From: an uncultured Acidobacteriota bacterium
GTDB taxonomy: Bacteria; Acidobacteriota; Vicinamibacteria; Vicinamibacterales; 2-12-FULL-66-21
NCBI GenBank assembly: GCA_963797625.1
Contig: CAWCQI010000038.1
Span: 34,009 to 98,008, forward strand
DNA length: 64,000 nt
Reading direction: 5' to 3'
Shown here: piece after piece, positions 1 to 11,200 of the stretch
Position numbering within the stretch: the stretch's first letter is position 1
How the letters are laid out: every line of letters starts with the position of its first letter
Notes under the pieces: generated by a model
Told to the model about the DNA's origin: nothing
What the model saw: the letters and a program-made list of their open reading frames with translations, nothing else
Databases searched by the model: none
Program-made: the position numbers and the translations under genes

Positions 1-28
1 GACGCGTGCGACAGTTCAAACGATTGAA

Positions 29-1954
29 TCAGGAACCGGCGTGCAGGCGGCGCAGGACGTGCGGCTGAAGTTGGAATTTCCGGCCGGTCTTTCTCCAGAA
101 GCGCTTGAGCGGTCCGCGCATCGCCGCCAGCTGGCGAGCGTGCCGGTCCTCGCTGTCGAGCCGCTTGAAGATCGAATAGCGGACCATTCCCTCGGGATCG
201 ATGACCACGGTACATCCGCCGGCGACGTCGAAGAGCTCGCCCTTGCGCTCGACGGTGCACGACTGCGTGACTTCGCCGACGAGGTCGAAGAGCACCCGGC
301 CGTCCGGCGCGGCGCGGCGCGTGACGCGGATCGACTGAACCAGCGGCGGCGACGCCTGGACGATCCCCTTGGGCAAACGCTCGGCTGGGGACACCAGCTG
401 GAAGCAGGCCGCGTGTTTCGGGTTGGTCACGAAGCTGCCGAGCGCTCGCGCCTGCCGGACCAGTTCGCCGGCGCTCGCCGGCTGCCCCGGATCGCCTTCG
501 AACTTCAGGTCGCGAAACGCCAGTCCCTTGATCTTGAGCGAGTCGCCAGGCGGCTGCCAGCGCACCGCGTCTTCGGTCATGAAGAGCACGTGATCCGGAA
601 AGATCTTCCGGCGCCGGAAGGATCGCATCAACGCCTCGCGGAAACCCCACTTATCGGTGCGCTCGATATCGCCGTCGGCCGTGATGATCGCGCGGAGGTA
701 CTCGCCGAGCTCCATGTCCGCCGGCGGGCAATAGTCGATCGCGCGGATGCAGATGTTGAGGAACTGGCCGGCCACGTCGCACGCCTCCTGCGCGATCGCT
801 TTGACGAGCGCGTCGTTGAGGGGCACGTGCTCGAGGGCGTCCCGGTTGACGCCGGCAATCCGGTAGTAGCGTTCGGTTTTCCGTCGAACGATGGTCGTGA
901 ACGCCTCGAAGACTGCGGAGACGAGCACGGAACCGAGCGCGTGCGGCTCGAGCGTCGGATCGTAGACCTTCGGCCCGCCCTCCTTGCCAGGGAGCACATC
1001 CGAATCGAACGCCGCCAGGCCGGCCACGTCGACACCAGACCGGAGCGCATCGGCCTCTCCCGATCGCGAACGGGCGTAACCGAACTCGCGGGCGATGTCG
1101 GTTAAAAGCGATCCGTGACTGATCGAGCCGCCCGACTCGCGGATCGCCTGCTCGACGACATCGGAATACGTGAAGTGCAGGAAGAGCGCGACGAGATCGG
1201 AGAAGCCCTCGTGGAACGCGGGGACGTCGATGTTGGTCGGGTCGAGAAACGACGACCGCAGGCCATCGAGCAGGGCATGCGTCGTCTCGTGCGCGATGAT
1301 GTCGTGACTGAGCGCGGTGCTGATCAAGCCGCCCTTGAGCGTGAAGCCTGCCGCCTTGTCGCCGGCGCGGAAGTAACCAAACGAGAGATCGCCAGCCTCG
1401 CGGCTGTAGCCGGCGTTGCTGCCGGCAAAGCCGAACGGCCGGACAATCAATCGCAAGGGACCATCAGCGGGGGCGGTGGTCGCCCAGGCGATGTCCCGCC
1501 CGAGCGCGCGCCTGAATGCGGCGTAGGTCAGGCTGCAGACCGCGTAGACCATCTGCAGGTGGAAGCGACCGTTGGTCGGCGTCGGCGACAGACCGCTCGA
1601 GAGGAGGAGGTGCGGGTCGTCGAGGTCGAGCGCCTCGGCGCGCAGCTCGTCCGGAGCGCCGAGACTGTTCACCGCAAAGAGCGACCCGATCGGGCCAGGC
1701 TCCAGCTTCTCGTAGGGGACGGCCGCCGTCGCCACGCCGCCCATGCGGTCGGATACCGACGGATCGAGCGTGTAGATGCGCAGCGGACGAACGAGCGGCG
1801 CTCGCGGGTCGCGCTGGTAAGGGCGCACCGCCGCCTGAAAACGGACGCGGTCGCTGACGTCGAACAGCTGCACGGCCGGGGCAGCCGCCTTCGGCTTTCT
1901 CTGCGCCGTCTTGCCAGCCCGCTGCTTTCCACTCTTGCTGGCCCTCTTGGCCAT
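29..1954 (-). CDS. Gluzincin-type zinc metallopeptidase (M4/M36-like), no signal peptide
   Basis: 641-aa ORF with HETTH (HExxH) followed by FHEGFSD (third zinc ligand Glu); basic, non-hydrophobic N-terminus. Confidence 0.75.
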   Translation of the reverse strand: MAKRASKSGKQRAGKTAQRKPKAAAPAVQLFDVSDRVRFQAAVRPYQRDPRAPLVRPLRIYTLDPSVSDRMGGVATAAVPYEKLEPGPIGSLFAVNSLGAPDELRAEALDLDDPHLLLSSGLSPTPTNGRFHLQMVYAVCSLTYAAFRRALGRDIAWATTAPADGPLRLIVRPFGFAGSNAGYSREAGDLSFGYFRAGDKAAGFTLKGGLISTALSHDIIAHETTHALLDGLRSSFLDPTNIDVPAFHEGFSDLVALFLHFTYSDVVEQAIRESGGSISHGSLLTDIAREFGYARSRSGEADALRSGVDVAGLAAFDSDVLPGKEGGPKVYDPTLEPHALGSVLVSAVFEAFTTIVRRKTERYYRIAGVNRDALEHVPLNDALVKAIAQEACDVAGQFLNICIRAIDYCPPADMELGEYLRAIITADGDIERTDKWGFREALMRSFRRRKIFPDHVLFMTEDAVRWQPPGDSLKIKGLAFRDLKFEGDPGQPASAGELVRQARALGSFVTNPKHAACFQLVSPAERLPKGIVQASPPLVQSIRVTRRAAPDGRVLFDLVGEVTQSCTVERKGELFDVAGGCTVVIDPEGMVRYSIFKRLDSEDRHARQLAAMRGPLKRFWRKTGRKFQLQPHVLRRLHAGS

Positions 1955-1966
1955 TGTGCGATGCGC

Positions 1967-2281
1967 CTATCCCTTTCGCCGGACCCGAACGACCAACCGT
2001 TCGGGCGACCGATCGACAATGCGTAATTCAGTACTGCCCTCGCGGGCACCGATCACAATCTCGCCGTCTTCATCGTGCCAGCTCGCCGGCTGCTCGACGT
2101 AGCGGTCGTCAGGGCCCTGGACGAAGATGCGCGCCGTGCCGTCGGCCTCGAGCTCGATTCGTTCCCTCGGCCGTCGCGACAGCGGTAGCTTGCTGCCTCG
2201 TGGGCGATACACGGCACCTTCGGCCGTGTCCTCCTCGAAGGCGTGCACCCACGCCGTCGCGAACAGCCGATTATCGGTCAT
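1967..2281 (-). CDS. Small hypothetical protein (104 aa), predicted beta-rich
   Basis: C-terminal part of ORF 1967..3241; ATG at 2281 gives MTDNRLFATAWVHAFEEDT...YRP...LPLSRRPRERIEL; co-oriented between two proteases. Confidence 0.7.
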   Translation of the reverse strand: MTDNRLFATAWVHAFEEDTAEGAVYRPRGSKLPLSRRPRERIELEADGTARIFVQGPDDRYVEQPASWHDEDGEIVIGAREGSTELRIVDRSPERLVVRVRRKG

Positions 2282-2394
2282 CAGAGTATTACTGTCGGGG
2301 CTCGCGGCTCGGTTCGGCTCGGGAAATGCTTGATCTCCATAGCCGCAACGGCGCCCGCGTCGCGGATCCCGAACCCCGAGTCCCGAACCCGCCA

Positions 2395-3288
2395 TTACAC
2401 CAGCCCGCTGCGTTCCGTGTCGAGCGTGGTGCGCATTCGCAGCACCTGCTGCGTCGTGAACATGAACATACCGGCGTCGTCGGTGTAGTCCATATAGTTC
2501 ACGAACATGTCGCCGTTCGGTCCGTTGTTGCACGTGATGGTCGGAAACGCCGGCATGCCCGTGTTCGGGCCAGCGCAATTCGGCGTGTCCGGGACCATGT
2601 CGGATCCGCTGCAATCGGGAGTGTCTCCCCAGATGTGCCGCAGGTTCAAGTAGTGGCCGATCTCGTGCGTCGCGGTGCGGCCCTTGTGGAAGGGGGCCTG
2701 GGCCGTGCCGGACGTGCCGAAGGCAAGATAGTTGATGACGACGCCGTCGGTACTCTGCGGGCCGCCGGGGAACTGCGCATAGCCGAGCAGGCTGTCCCTG
2801 AGCGGGCAAACCCAGATGTTCAGATGGGTCTTGGGGTTGAAAGGCGCGATTCCGCCGGTCGCGGCGCTCTTCACGCCGTCGTCGTGCGTGAAGTCGGTCT
2901 CGGATGTCTTGGTGCGGGTCGTTTTCACGAGAGTGAACTTGATCCGCGCGTCGGTCACGAGGCCTTTCCAGGCTGCGGGCGTCTGGCTCTTGTCGGGGTT
3001 GGTCGCGCGAAAGTCCTTGTTGAGCGCCGCGATCTGACTCTTGATCTGTGCCGCCGACACGTTCTGCTGTGCGGTGTTGTAGACCACGTTGACGACCGTC
3101 TTGATGGTCACGATCTTTGCCTGCCGAAGATTCGTTGGCCGTTCGCGCCGACGGTTCGTCGCGTCTTCGAGGCGCATCTGATTGACGCGGTACGACGGAT
3201 AGCGCTCGAGCAGCATCATGTGAGCGGCCATCGCTCCACACGTGCGGTGGAGCTTCGAACGTCGAGACCTCTTACTCTTCTTCGCCAT
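2395..3288 (-). CDS. Zinc metalloprotease, M43 (pappalysin/ulilysin) family
   Basis: HEIGHYLNLRHIWGD (HExxHxxxxxH), Met-turn NYMDY, LLGYAQFP, putative cysteine switch RTCGAM; AGGAGG upstream of ATG 3288. Confidence 0.9.
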   Translation of the reverse strand: MAKKSKRSRRSKLHRTCGAMAAHMMLLERYPSYRVNQMRLEDATNRRRERPTNLRQAKIVTIKTVVNVVYNTAQQNVSAAQIKSQIAALNKDFRATNPDKSQTPAAWKGLVTDARIKFTLVKTTRTKTSETDFTHDDGVKSAATGGIAPFNPKTHLNIWVCPLRDSLLGYAQFPGGPQSTDGVVINYLAFGTSGTAQAPFHKGRTATHEIGHYLNLRHIWGDTPDCSGSDMVPDTPNCAGPNTGMPAFPTITCNNGPNGDMFVNYMDYTDDAGMFMFTTQQVLRMRTTLDTERSGLV

Positions 3289-3341
3289 GCGGTCCTCCTG
3301 TAGCTCGCGACTTCTACACTGCCTCACCGGGGTCGATGTCT

Positions 3342-3431
3342 GGCTCAAGGCTCAGGGCTCAAGGCTCAAGCAAGATCTTCGAGCGAATGGTCGAAGATCT
3401 TGCTTGAGCCTTGAGCCCTGAGCCCTGAGCC
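3342..3431. repeat. Heptamer-armed inverted repeat (GGCTCAR x4, core, loop, inverse)
   Basis: 41-bp arms 3342-3382 and 3391-3431 with one mismatch; 8-nt loop. Confidence 0.9.
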
Positions 3432-3487
3432 CCCGCGCGGAGGCACGGCGCAATAGGGGCGCCGATCAGATTAAACGAGTATGCGCG

Positions 3488-4429
3488 GTGAAACGAACAT
3501 TGCGCAGTTGGCGCAGTGCGATGCAGACTCAGCGTGTGATGAGCAAACTCATAGCCACTGCGATTGCGATCTCGGTCGTCCTGCCGGTCTGGGGAGCCTC
3601 TCGCTCACAGAAACCGACGGGAAGCGCCGACCCATCGCTTCAAATCTCGCATCGGGCGCGGGCGGTGGCGCCGGGGGAGGTGGTCGTCGTCGACGTCCGG
3701 GCGGCGGGGCCGCTAGACGACGTGCGGGCGCAATGGCTGAGTCAGAGCATTCGCTTCTATCAGGTAGAGCCCCGCTGGTGGCAGGGCCTCGCTCCTATCG
3801 ACGTCGGCGCTGCCCCTGGACCGAAGACGCTCAACGTCGTCGCCCGGCTTACCGCCGGCCGCACGCTCGAGCGGCCGTACGCGATCACCATTGCGGCGCG
3901 CACCTTTCCGGCGCGGCGGATCACGGTCGCCCCGAAGTTCGCCGACCCTCCCGCCGACGAGCTGCCGCGGATCGAAGCCGAACGGAAGGCCGTCGAGGCA
4001 ATCTTCGCGAGCCAGACGCCCGAGCGATTCTGGAGCCAGCCCTTCATCGTGCCGGTTCCAGGCGCGGCCACCAGCAGTTTCGGACGCCGCACCATCCTCA
4101 ATGGACAGACACGAGGCCAGCACACCGGAACCGACTTTCAGGCGGCAACGGGCACGCCGGTCGTGGCGCCAAACCGCGGCCGGGTCGCGCTCGCGGCCGA
4201 CCAGTACTTTCCTGGCCGGACGATCATCATCGACCACGGGCTCGGCGTGTATTCCTACCTCGCGCACCTTTCCGAGTTCAGCGTGGCGGAAGGAGCAGTC
4301 GTCGAGCGTGGCCAGCGCATCGCGTTGTCAGGCGCGACAGGGCGCGTCACCGGACCGCATCTCCATTGGACGATGAGGCTCGGAAGCGCCAGGGTCGATC
4401 CGTTGTCGCTAGTTGCGGTACTGGAGTGA
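3488..4429 (+). CDS. M23 family metallopeptidase, secreted
   Basis: HTGTD (HxxxD) and GPHLHW (HxH) motifs, YAHL-like YLAHL; signal-like segment; true start may be 3521 or 3539. Confidence 0.9.
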   Translation: MKRTLRSWRSAMQTQRVMSKLIATAIAISVVLPVWGASRSQKPTGSADPSLQISHRARAVAPGEVVVVDVRAAGPLDDVRAQWLSQSIRFYQVEPRWWQGLAPIDVGAAPGPKTLNVVARLTAGRTLERPYAITIAARTFPARRITVAPKFADPPADELPRIEAERKAVEAIFASQTPERFWSQPFIVPVPGAATSSFGRRTILNGQTRGQHTGTDFQAATGTPVVAPNRGRVALAADQYFPGRTIIIDHGLGVYSYLAHLSEFSVAEGAVVERGQRIALSGATGRVTGPHLHWTMRLGSARVDPLSLVAVLE

Positions 4430-4455
4430 AGAGGACGAGAAGACGTCAAGAGCTC

Positions 4456-4530
4456 TTCGCCGCGGAGAGCGCCGAGGACGCAGAGTCATACCCTTGGCTT
4501 CTCTGCGCTCTCGGCGTTCTCCGCGGTGAA
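4456..4530. repeat. REP-like palindrome with 9-bp periodic arms (copy 1)
   Basis: TTCGCCGCGGAGAGCGCCGAGGACGCAGAG ... CTCTGCGCTCTCGGCGTTCTCCGCGGTGAA between convergent genes. Confidence 0.75.
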
Positions 4531-4571
4531 ATGCTTTCCCAGTGAGAGCTGCCGGGGTAACCGCGTTAGCT

Positions 4572-5084
4572 CTACGGCAAGCTCGCCAGGCCCAGCGTAT
4601 CTGCTGGCGCTGGCGCCGGGCTGGTCTCGCACGCCGCTCCGGCCACGCCACCGGGGCAGCTGACCTGCATGTTGCGCGCGCAGCTGTAGGTCGCGAGCTT
4701 CAGGCCGCCCTTCTCGATGTGCCACGTGAACGATTCGAGGCACGCCGCCTTCGCGTACCGCGAGTTGTAGAACGCGAGCACGACTTCCGACCCGCCGGGC
4801 AGCGTCGTTCGATTGACGTGGGCACGCTCGGACTCTTGCAGCTGGCCGAGACTGGTCGCCTCGGACAGAGACTGCCGGAATTGCGCTTCGCTCAACTGCG
4901 CTCGCAGCGATTCGCTCGCGCTCGAGTAAATGAGATCGACGCGTCCCTGCGCGAGACGCTGATGGAACTCATTGACGGCCGTAGCTTCACGGTTTTGCTC
5001 GCTGCTGCAGCCGCCGATGGTGACGAGGACCGCGCCGATGGCGAGGCCAGAGACGAGACTTTTCTTCCAGAATTGCGCTTGCAT
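4572..5084 (-). CDS. Putative lipoprotein (DUF4019-like, NTF2-type fold)
   Basis: ATG 5084, hydrophobic stretch ending in IGGC lipobox-like motif; FHQRL..IYSSAS..F and ESFTW pattern. Confidence 0.6.
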   Translation of the reverse strand: MQAQFWKKSLVSGLAIGAVLVTIGGCSSEQNREATAVNEFHQRLAQGRVDLIYSSASESLRAQLSEAQFRQSLSEATSLGQLQESERAHVNRTTLPGGSEVVLAFYNSRYAKAACLESFTWHIEKGGLKLATYSCARNMQVSCPGGVAGAACETSPAPAPADTLGLASLP

Positions 5085-5243
5085 GCGAAGCCTGCCTATC
5101 AACGTCCGTACCGCCGCACATCGTGCGAAACGCTGAGGAATCTGTCGCGTGCGGTGTGCGCAGCACCCGCACACGGCTGAGGTGGCGATCAGAATCGTTT
5201 CGATCCGAACAGATTCGTCACCGGCTGGTTCTGATCTGCTTCT

Positions 5244-5249
5244 TATAAT
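5244..5249 (+). promoter_or_regulatory. Consensus -10 box upstream of glucan synthase, probably short-leader or leaderless
   Basis: TATAAT 9 nt before ATG 5259 in GC-rich DNA; no clear Shine-Dalgarno. Confidence 0.5.
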
Positions 5250-5258
5250 GATTGCGGA

Positions 5259-8200
5259 ATGCCATCGTCGCTGACTCACCCGCCCGATCCTCTCGTCCAC
5301 GAACCCCATCCGACATCGCCCGAGCTCTTCGGTCAGGACCAGCTGGAACGTCACGCGGTCATGCTCGCCGAGCTGTACAGGCTGGCGCCCGATCCGATGC
5401 GTGGCCGGCCGCTGCTGCCGCGGCTCGATGCGAGCGCAGAGGAGCTCGACAACGCCTACCGGTTCCTGTCGGTGGCCGTCACGAAGGACGCGCCGGCCGT
5501 CGGGTCTGAAGACTGGCTGCGCGACAACCACCATGTCGTGCAGGATCAGGTCCGCGAGATCCGGCAAGACCTGCCACGCCACTACTATCTGCAGCTACCC
5601 AAGCTCGCCGATGGCCCGTTTGCCGGCTATCCACGCGTCTACGCGTTTGCGAGCGAGCTCATCACGCACACGGCCGGCCGGCTCGACCTGCAAACGCTCG
5701 TCGATTTCGCGACCGCGTATCAGCGCGCCGCGCCGCTGACGATCGGCGAAATCTGGGCGATTCCGATCATGCTGCGGCTGGCGCTCGTCGAGGAGCTGCG
5801 CCGGCTCGCCGCCGATGTCGTCGCGGCGCGGCGCGCCCGCGATCGCGCGCGCGCCTGGGGCGTGCAACTGAGCACCGGCGCGCGAGAGCCGGAGCGCATC
5901 ATCGGCGAGATGCTGCGCGACGAAACCGAGAGCAGTGGCCGTCTCTCCGCAGCGTTCGTCGTCGAGCTCCTTCACTGGCTCCGCGATCAGCCCTCGTCTG
6001 CCGCGCCGGCATGGCTGGCGCTGCAGCGCGCGCTCGAAGCCCAGGGCGACTCGCCCGAAGAGATGCTCCGGGTGGAACACCAGCGCGAGGCGGCCGGACA
6101 ACTCGCCATCGGCAACATCATCACGACGATGCGGCTGCTGTCGTCGATCGACTGGCCGCTCTTCTTCGAGCGGGTCAGCCTGGTCGAACAGATCCTGCGC
6201 GAAGACCCGGCCGGAGCGTATGCGAGGATGGACTTCCCGACCCGCGACCGCTACCGGCACTCGGTCGAAGAGCTCGCGAAGGGAGCGAACTCGGACGAGC
6301 AGCGCGTCGCGCGGCGCGCCGTCGAACTGGCGGCCGAGGCGCAACGCTTAGCACCCGATCAGGACCGCTCGCATCACGTCGGCTACTACCTGATCTCGCG
6401 CGGCCGCTTCCGCCTCGAGCGTGACGTCGGTTGTCCACCCACGCTCAGGCAGCGATTTGCCCGTTTTTTCTACGGTCATCCGGTCCTCGGCTACCTGGGG
6501 ACGATCGCCACGGTCACGGCGCTCGCGGTCGCGAGTTTCGTCTCCTATACGCATCGGCACGGCGGCGACACGAGTCCACCTCTGGTTGACGGCGATCGTG
6601 GTCCTGCTGCCTCTCAGCGAGCTCGCCATCAGCCTGATCAACCTCGTCGTCACATCCCAGGTCACGCCGCGTCAGCTGCCGAAGCTCGACATGCGGACGG
6701 GCATCCCCGCGGCCGATCGCACGATGGTGGCGGTTCCGGCGATCATCGATTCGGAGGCGCGTCTGGTCTCGCTCCTCGACGACCTCGAGGTTCGGTTCTT
6801 TGCGAATCGCGACACGCATCTTCATTTCGCCCTGCTCTCGGACTTTGCTGACGCTGACGAGCGCACCCAGCCCAATGACGCGGTGCTCGTCGAGGCGGCG
6901 CGGCGGCGAATCGACGAGCTGAACGCCAGGCATGGCTCCGATCGTTTCTTTCTGTTTCATCGCGCGCGCCAGTGGAACGAGCGCGAGAACCGCTGGATGG
7001 GCGCCGAACGCAAGCGGGGCAAGCTGGCCGAGTTCAACCGGCTGCTGCGCGGCGCGACCGACACGAGCTACATCGTGCAGCACGGCGAGACATCGATCCT
7101 GCCGACGATCCGCTACGTCATCACGCTCGACTCCGACACGCAGCTGCCGATGGAGGCGGGACGCCGGCTGGTCGGCACGCTGTCACATCCGCTGAACCGG
7201 CCCCGATTCGATGCCCGGCTTCAGCGCGTGACCGAAGGCTACGGCGTGTTGCAACCGCGCATCAGCGTCAGCGTCGTGAGCGCCAACCGGACGATGTTCT
7301 CGAGGGTGTTCTCCGGGCACGTCGGTGTGGATCCATACACGACCGCCGTGTCTGACCTCTATCAGGACATGTTTCACGAGGGCAGCTACGTCGGCAAAGG
7401 CATCTATGACGTGGACGCGTTCGATGCCGCGCTCGCCGGGCGGGTGCCCGAGAACACGCTGCTCAGCCACGATCTCTTCGAGGGCTTTTACGCGCGCGCC
7501 GGGCTCGTGACCGATATCGATCTCGTCGACGACTATCCCGGAAGCTACCTCGCCTTTTCGGCGCGCCAGCACCGATGGGTGCGGGGCGACTGGCAGATCG
7601 CGCGTTGGCTGTGGAGGAAGGTTCCCGGTGCCAGCGGTGAGAAGGTCGTCAACACGCTGCCGGTGATCTCGCGCTGGAAGATCCTCGACAACCTGCGGCG
7701 AAGCCTCATTCCGCCCGCCCTGGTCCTGCTGTTTGCGGCCGGTTGGACCTTCCTGCCCGGATCGCCCGCCGTGTGGACTACGCTCGGGGTGCTGGTGCTC
7801 GCGTTCCCCGCCTACATTCAGCTGGCGCGGTCGATCGGCAGCCACATCCCGGGAGTCCCGCTGCGGGAGCACCTGCGCGCCGAACGGGACACGACCGTCA
7901 TGAGCCTGCGTCAGGCGGTGTTCTCGATCGTCATCCTCGCGCACCAAAGCGTCGTGATGCTCGACGCGATCGCGCGAGCGCTGGTTCGGCAAGTCGTGAC
8001 GCGGCGGCATTTGCTCGAATGGGTCACAGCGGATCGGGCCGACAACCGGCACGCGTCGGTGTGGCAGGTGGCGCGGCGGATGTGGACGGCGCCGGCCGTG
8101 GCGCTCGCGATCACGACGGTCGTGGCGGTTGTCGCCCCCGAGCGACTGCTGCTCGCCAGCCCCATCCTCGTCCTCTGGTTCATCTCGCCGGCGCTCGTCT

Positions 8201-11200
8201 ACGCTGCCGGACTGCCACTGCTGCACAGGGTCACGTCCGTCGGCAGAAGCGAACGCGCAATCCTGCGGAGAGTCGCCCGCCGCACGTGGCGATTCTTCGA
8301 AGAACTGGTCGGTCCCGCGGATCACTGGCTGATCCCTGACAACTACCAGCTGGATCGCCAGGACGTCATCGCTCACCGGACCTCGCCCACCAACATCGGG
8401 CTGCAGGTCCTGTCGACCCTCGCCGCGTTCGACTTCGGTTATCTCAGCTACGCCGGTGTGCTCGATCGCCTCGAGCCGACATTCGACACGCTGCTGCGAA
8501 TGCAGCGGTATCGTGGACACTTCTACAATTGGTACGACACTCGAACGCTCGCACCGCTCGTGCCGGCGTATATCTCGACGGTCGACAGCGGCAACCTCGC
8601 GGGCTATCTGCTGACGTTGCGCTCCGGGCTCGCGGCGCTTGCCGAGCATGCGCCGATCATCGACGGATGTGTCCTCGAGGGCGTGGAAGACGCCGTCAAC
8701 CTTTTCGAAGCTGAAGTCGATGCGCTCAACCGCGGCCGCGCCACGAGCGCGTTGAAGCGCGAGCTGGGAAGCCTGCGCACCCATCTCGCACGCCGCCCGG
8801 CGACGCTGCTCGAGTGGCGCCGGCTGCTCACGCAACTCGAAGAACGGCTCCAGGCGGTCAGCATCCTCTTCCACGATCTCGAGGAACCACTGCTCGTCCA
8901 CGAGCTCGATGCTCTGGGCGGCGTGCCCGGCACGGCAATTCCGGCTGCCCTCAGCGAGGCGTCCGGCTGGCTCGAGCGCGCCGCCGCCGTCGTCTCGACG
9001 CGTCAGCTCGAGCTCGAGCAGCTGACCGGCTGGATGACGCGGCTGCAAGCGGCCGGGATTCGCCATGCTCCCGCCGAGGTGCCCAGCCTGACCGCCCTCG
9101 TCACTCTCTGCGACCAGGCGGTCACCGAGCCCGTATCGAGCGACGCGCGACAGGCCATCGACCGTGCCCGCAGGCTCGCAGAGGAGCTCATCGAGCGCGG
9201 CGAACGACTCAGCGCGCTCGCCGACGATCTCGTCGAAGAGACCGAATTCGGCTTTCTTTTCAACGCCGAACGCCAGTTGTTCTCGATCGGCTTCAGCGTG
9301 ACCGATGGCCGTCTCGACAACTCCTACTACGACACGCTCGCCTCCGAGGCGCGGCTCGCCAGCTTCATGGCCATTGCCATGGGCACCGTGTCGCACGAGC
9401 ACTGGTTCAAGCTCGGACGGTCGCTGACGCCGGCCGGCAGCTCTCGCGCCCTGCTCTCGTGGAGCGGCTCGATGTTCGAATACCTGATGCCGCTGATCGT
9501 CATGCGCCCGTATCCCGGCACGCTCCTCGACGAGACCTACAACGCCGTCGTCCAGCGACAGATCGAGTACGGCACGCAACGCGGCGTTCCCTGGGGCATC
9601 TCCGAGTCGGCCTACTTCGCTCAGGACCTCGACAAGAACTACCAGTACCGTGCGTTCGGCGTTCCCGGACTGGGCCTCAAGCGCGGCCTCGCCGAGGATC
9701 TCGTGGTTGCGCCGTACGCGTCGATTCTCGCTGCACCGCTCGCCCCCCATGAAGTGCTGGCCAACCTGACGCGCCTGCAGCACGAGGGCATGAACGGGCG
9801 GTTCGGCTACTGCGAAGCGATCGATTACACGCCAGAGCGCGTACCGCCCGATTACAAGGGTGGCGTCGTGCTCCCGACCTGGATGGCACACCACCAGGGC
9901 ATGAGCCTGCTGGCGCTCGACAACCTGCTCAACGGATCGCCGATGCAGCAGCGGTTTCACGCCGACCCGCGGATTCAGGCCGCCGATCTCCTCCTGCAGG
10001 AGCGAGTGCCGCAGCTCGTCCCGCTGAAGAACGCGCCGAGCGAAAGCGCCGCCCATGTGCCATTCGTCCGCCGCGCGATCGCTCCGCCCGTGCGTCGCTA
10101 TACGACACCTCACACGCTCAGCCCTCGCGCGCACCTTCTCTCAAATGGTTCTTACACGGTCATGGTGACCAACGCCGGCGGCGGATACAGCCGTCGTCAG
10201 CAACTGGCGATGACTCGCTGGCGCGAAGACATCACGAGCGACGCCTGGGGCAGCTTCGTGTTCGTGCGCGATCTCGACAGCGGCGAGGCGTGGTCGACGA
10301 CGCACCAGCCAACCGGGCGTGACGCCGAAGAGTACGAGGCGACGTTTTCGCTCGACCGCGCCGTCTGGCGACGCGTCGACGCGGGCCTCGAGACCCGCAC
10401 CGAGATTGTCGTGTCGCCCGAAGATGATGCCGAACTGCGACGCGTCTCGATCACCAACAACAGTCACCGCGTCCGCAGCCTCGATCTCACCAGCTACGCC
10501 GAGGTCGTCCTGGCCCCGCAGGGAGCCGACCTTGCCCATCCGGCCTTCAGCAATCTCTTCATCGAGACGACGGCGGTGCCCGAGTGGGATGCCCTGCTCT
10601 GCACTCGCCGGCCGCGATCGGGCACCGACCGCGCCTACCTCGTCCACGTGCTCAGCGGCCGCGGCCGCATCGGCGCTGCCACCGAGTACGAGACCGACCG
10701 CGCTCGATTCATCGGACGCGGGCGCACGCTCGCCAACCCGGTCGCGTTGAGCGCCGCCGGGCCGCTGTCGAAGACGACTGGCGCCGTGCTCGATCCGATC
10801 GTCAGCCTCCGCCAGGCAATCCGCCTTCCGCCGGGAGGAACGGCGCGCCTGTCGTTCACCACGGGGTTCGCCGACAGCGAATCCGCCGCGAGGCGCCTCA
10901 TCGAGAAGTACTACGACCGCCGCGCGGTCGCCCGGGCGATCGCGTTGGCCAGCACACACGCGCAGATCGAGTTGCGGCACCTCGGGCTGACCGTCGAAGA
11001 TACGATGCGCTTCCAGCGCCTCGCCGGCCGCCTGCTGTACGGTGACCCGCGCCTGCGATCGATCGACTCGGTCGCCAGAAACCGACGTGGTCAGCCGGAG
11101 CTCTGGAAATACGGCATCTCGGGCGATCTCCCGATCGTGCTGGCGACCATCTCGGACAGCAGCCACCTCGATCTCCTCAGCGACCTGCTCAAGGCGCACG

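Noticed and set aside
7183-10134. 983-aa antisense ORF, and similar long shadow ORFs such as 16206..18446, 26448..28358, 48189..50162 and 51516..53048
   Set aside because: They lie opposite well-supported genes, have no recognisable motifs and are expected from GC-rich codon bias
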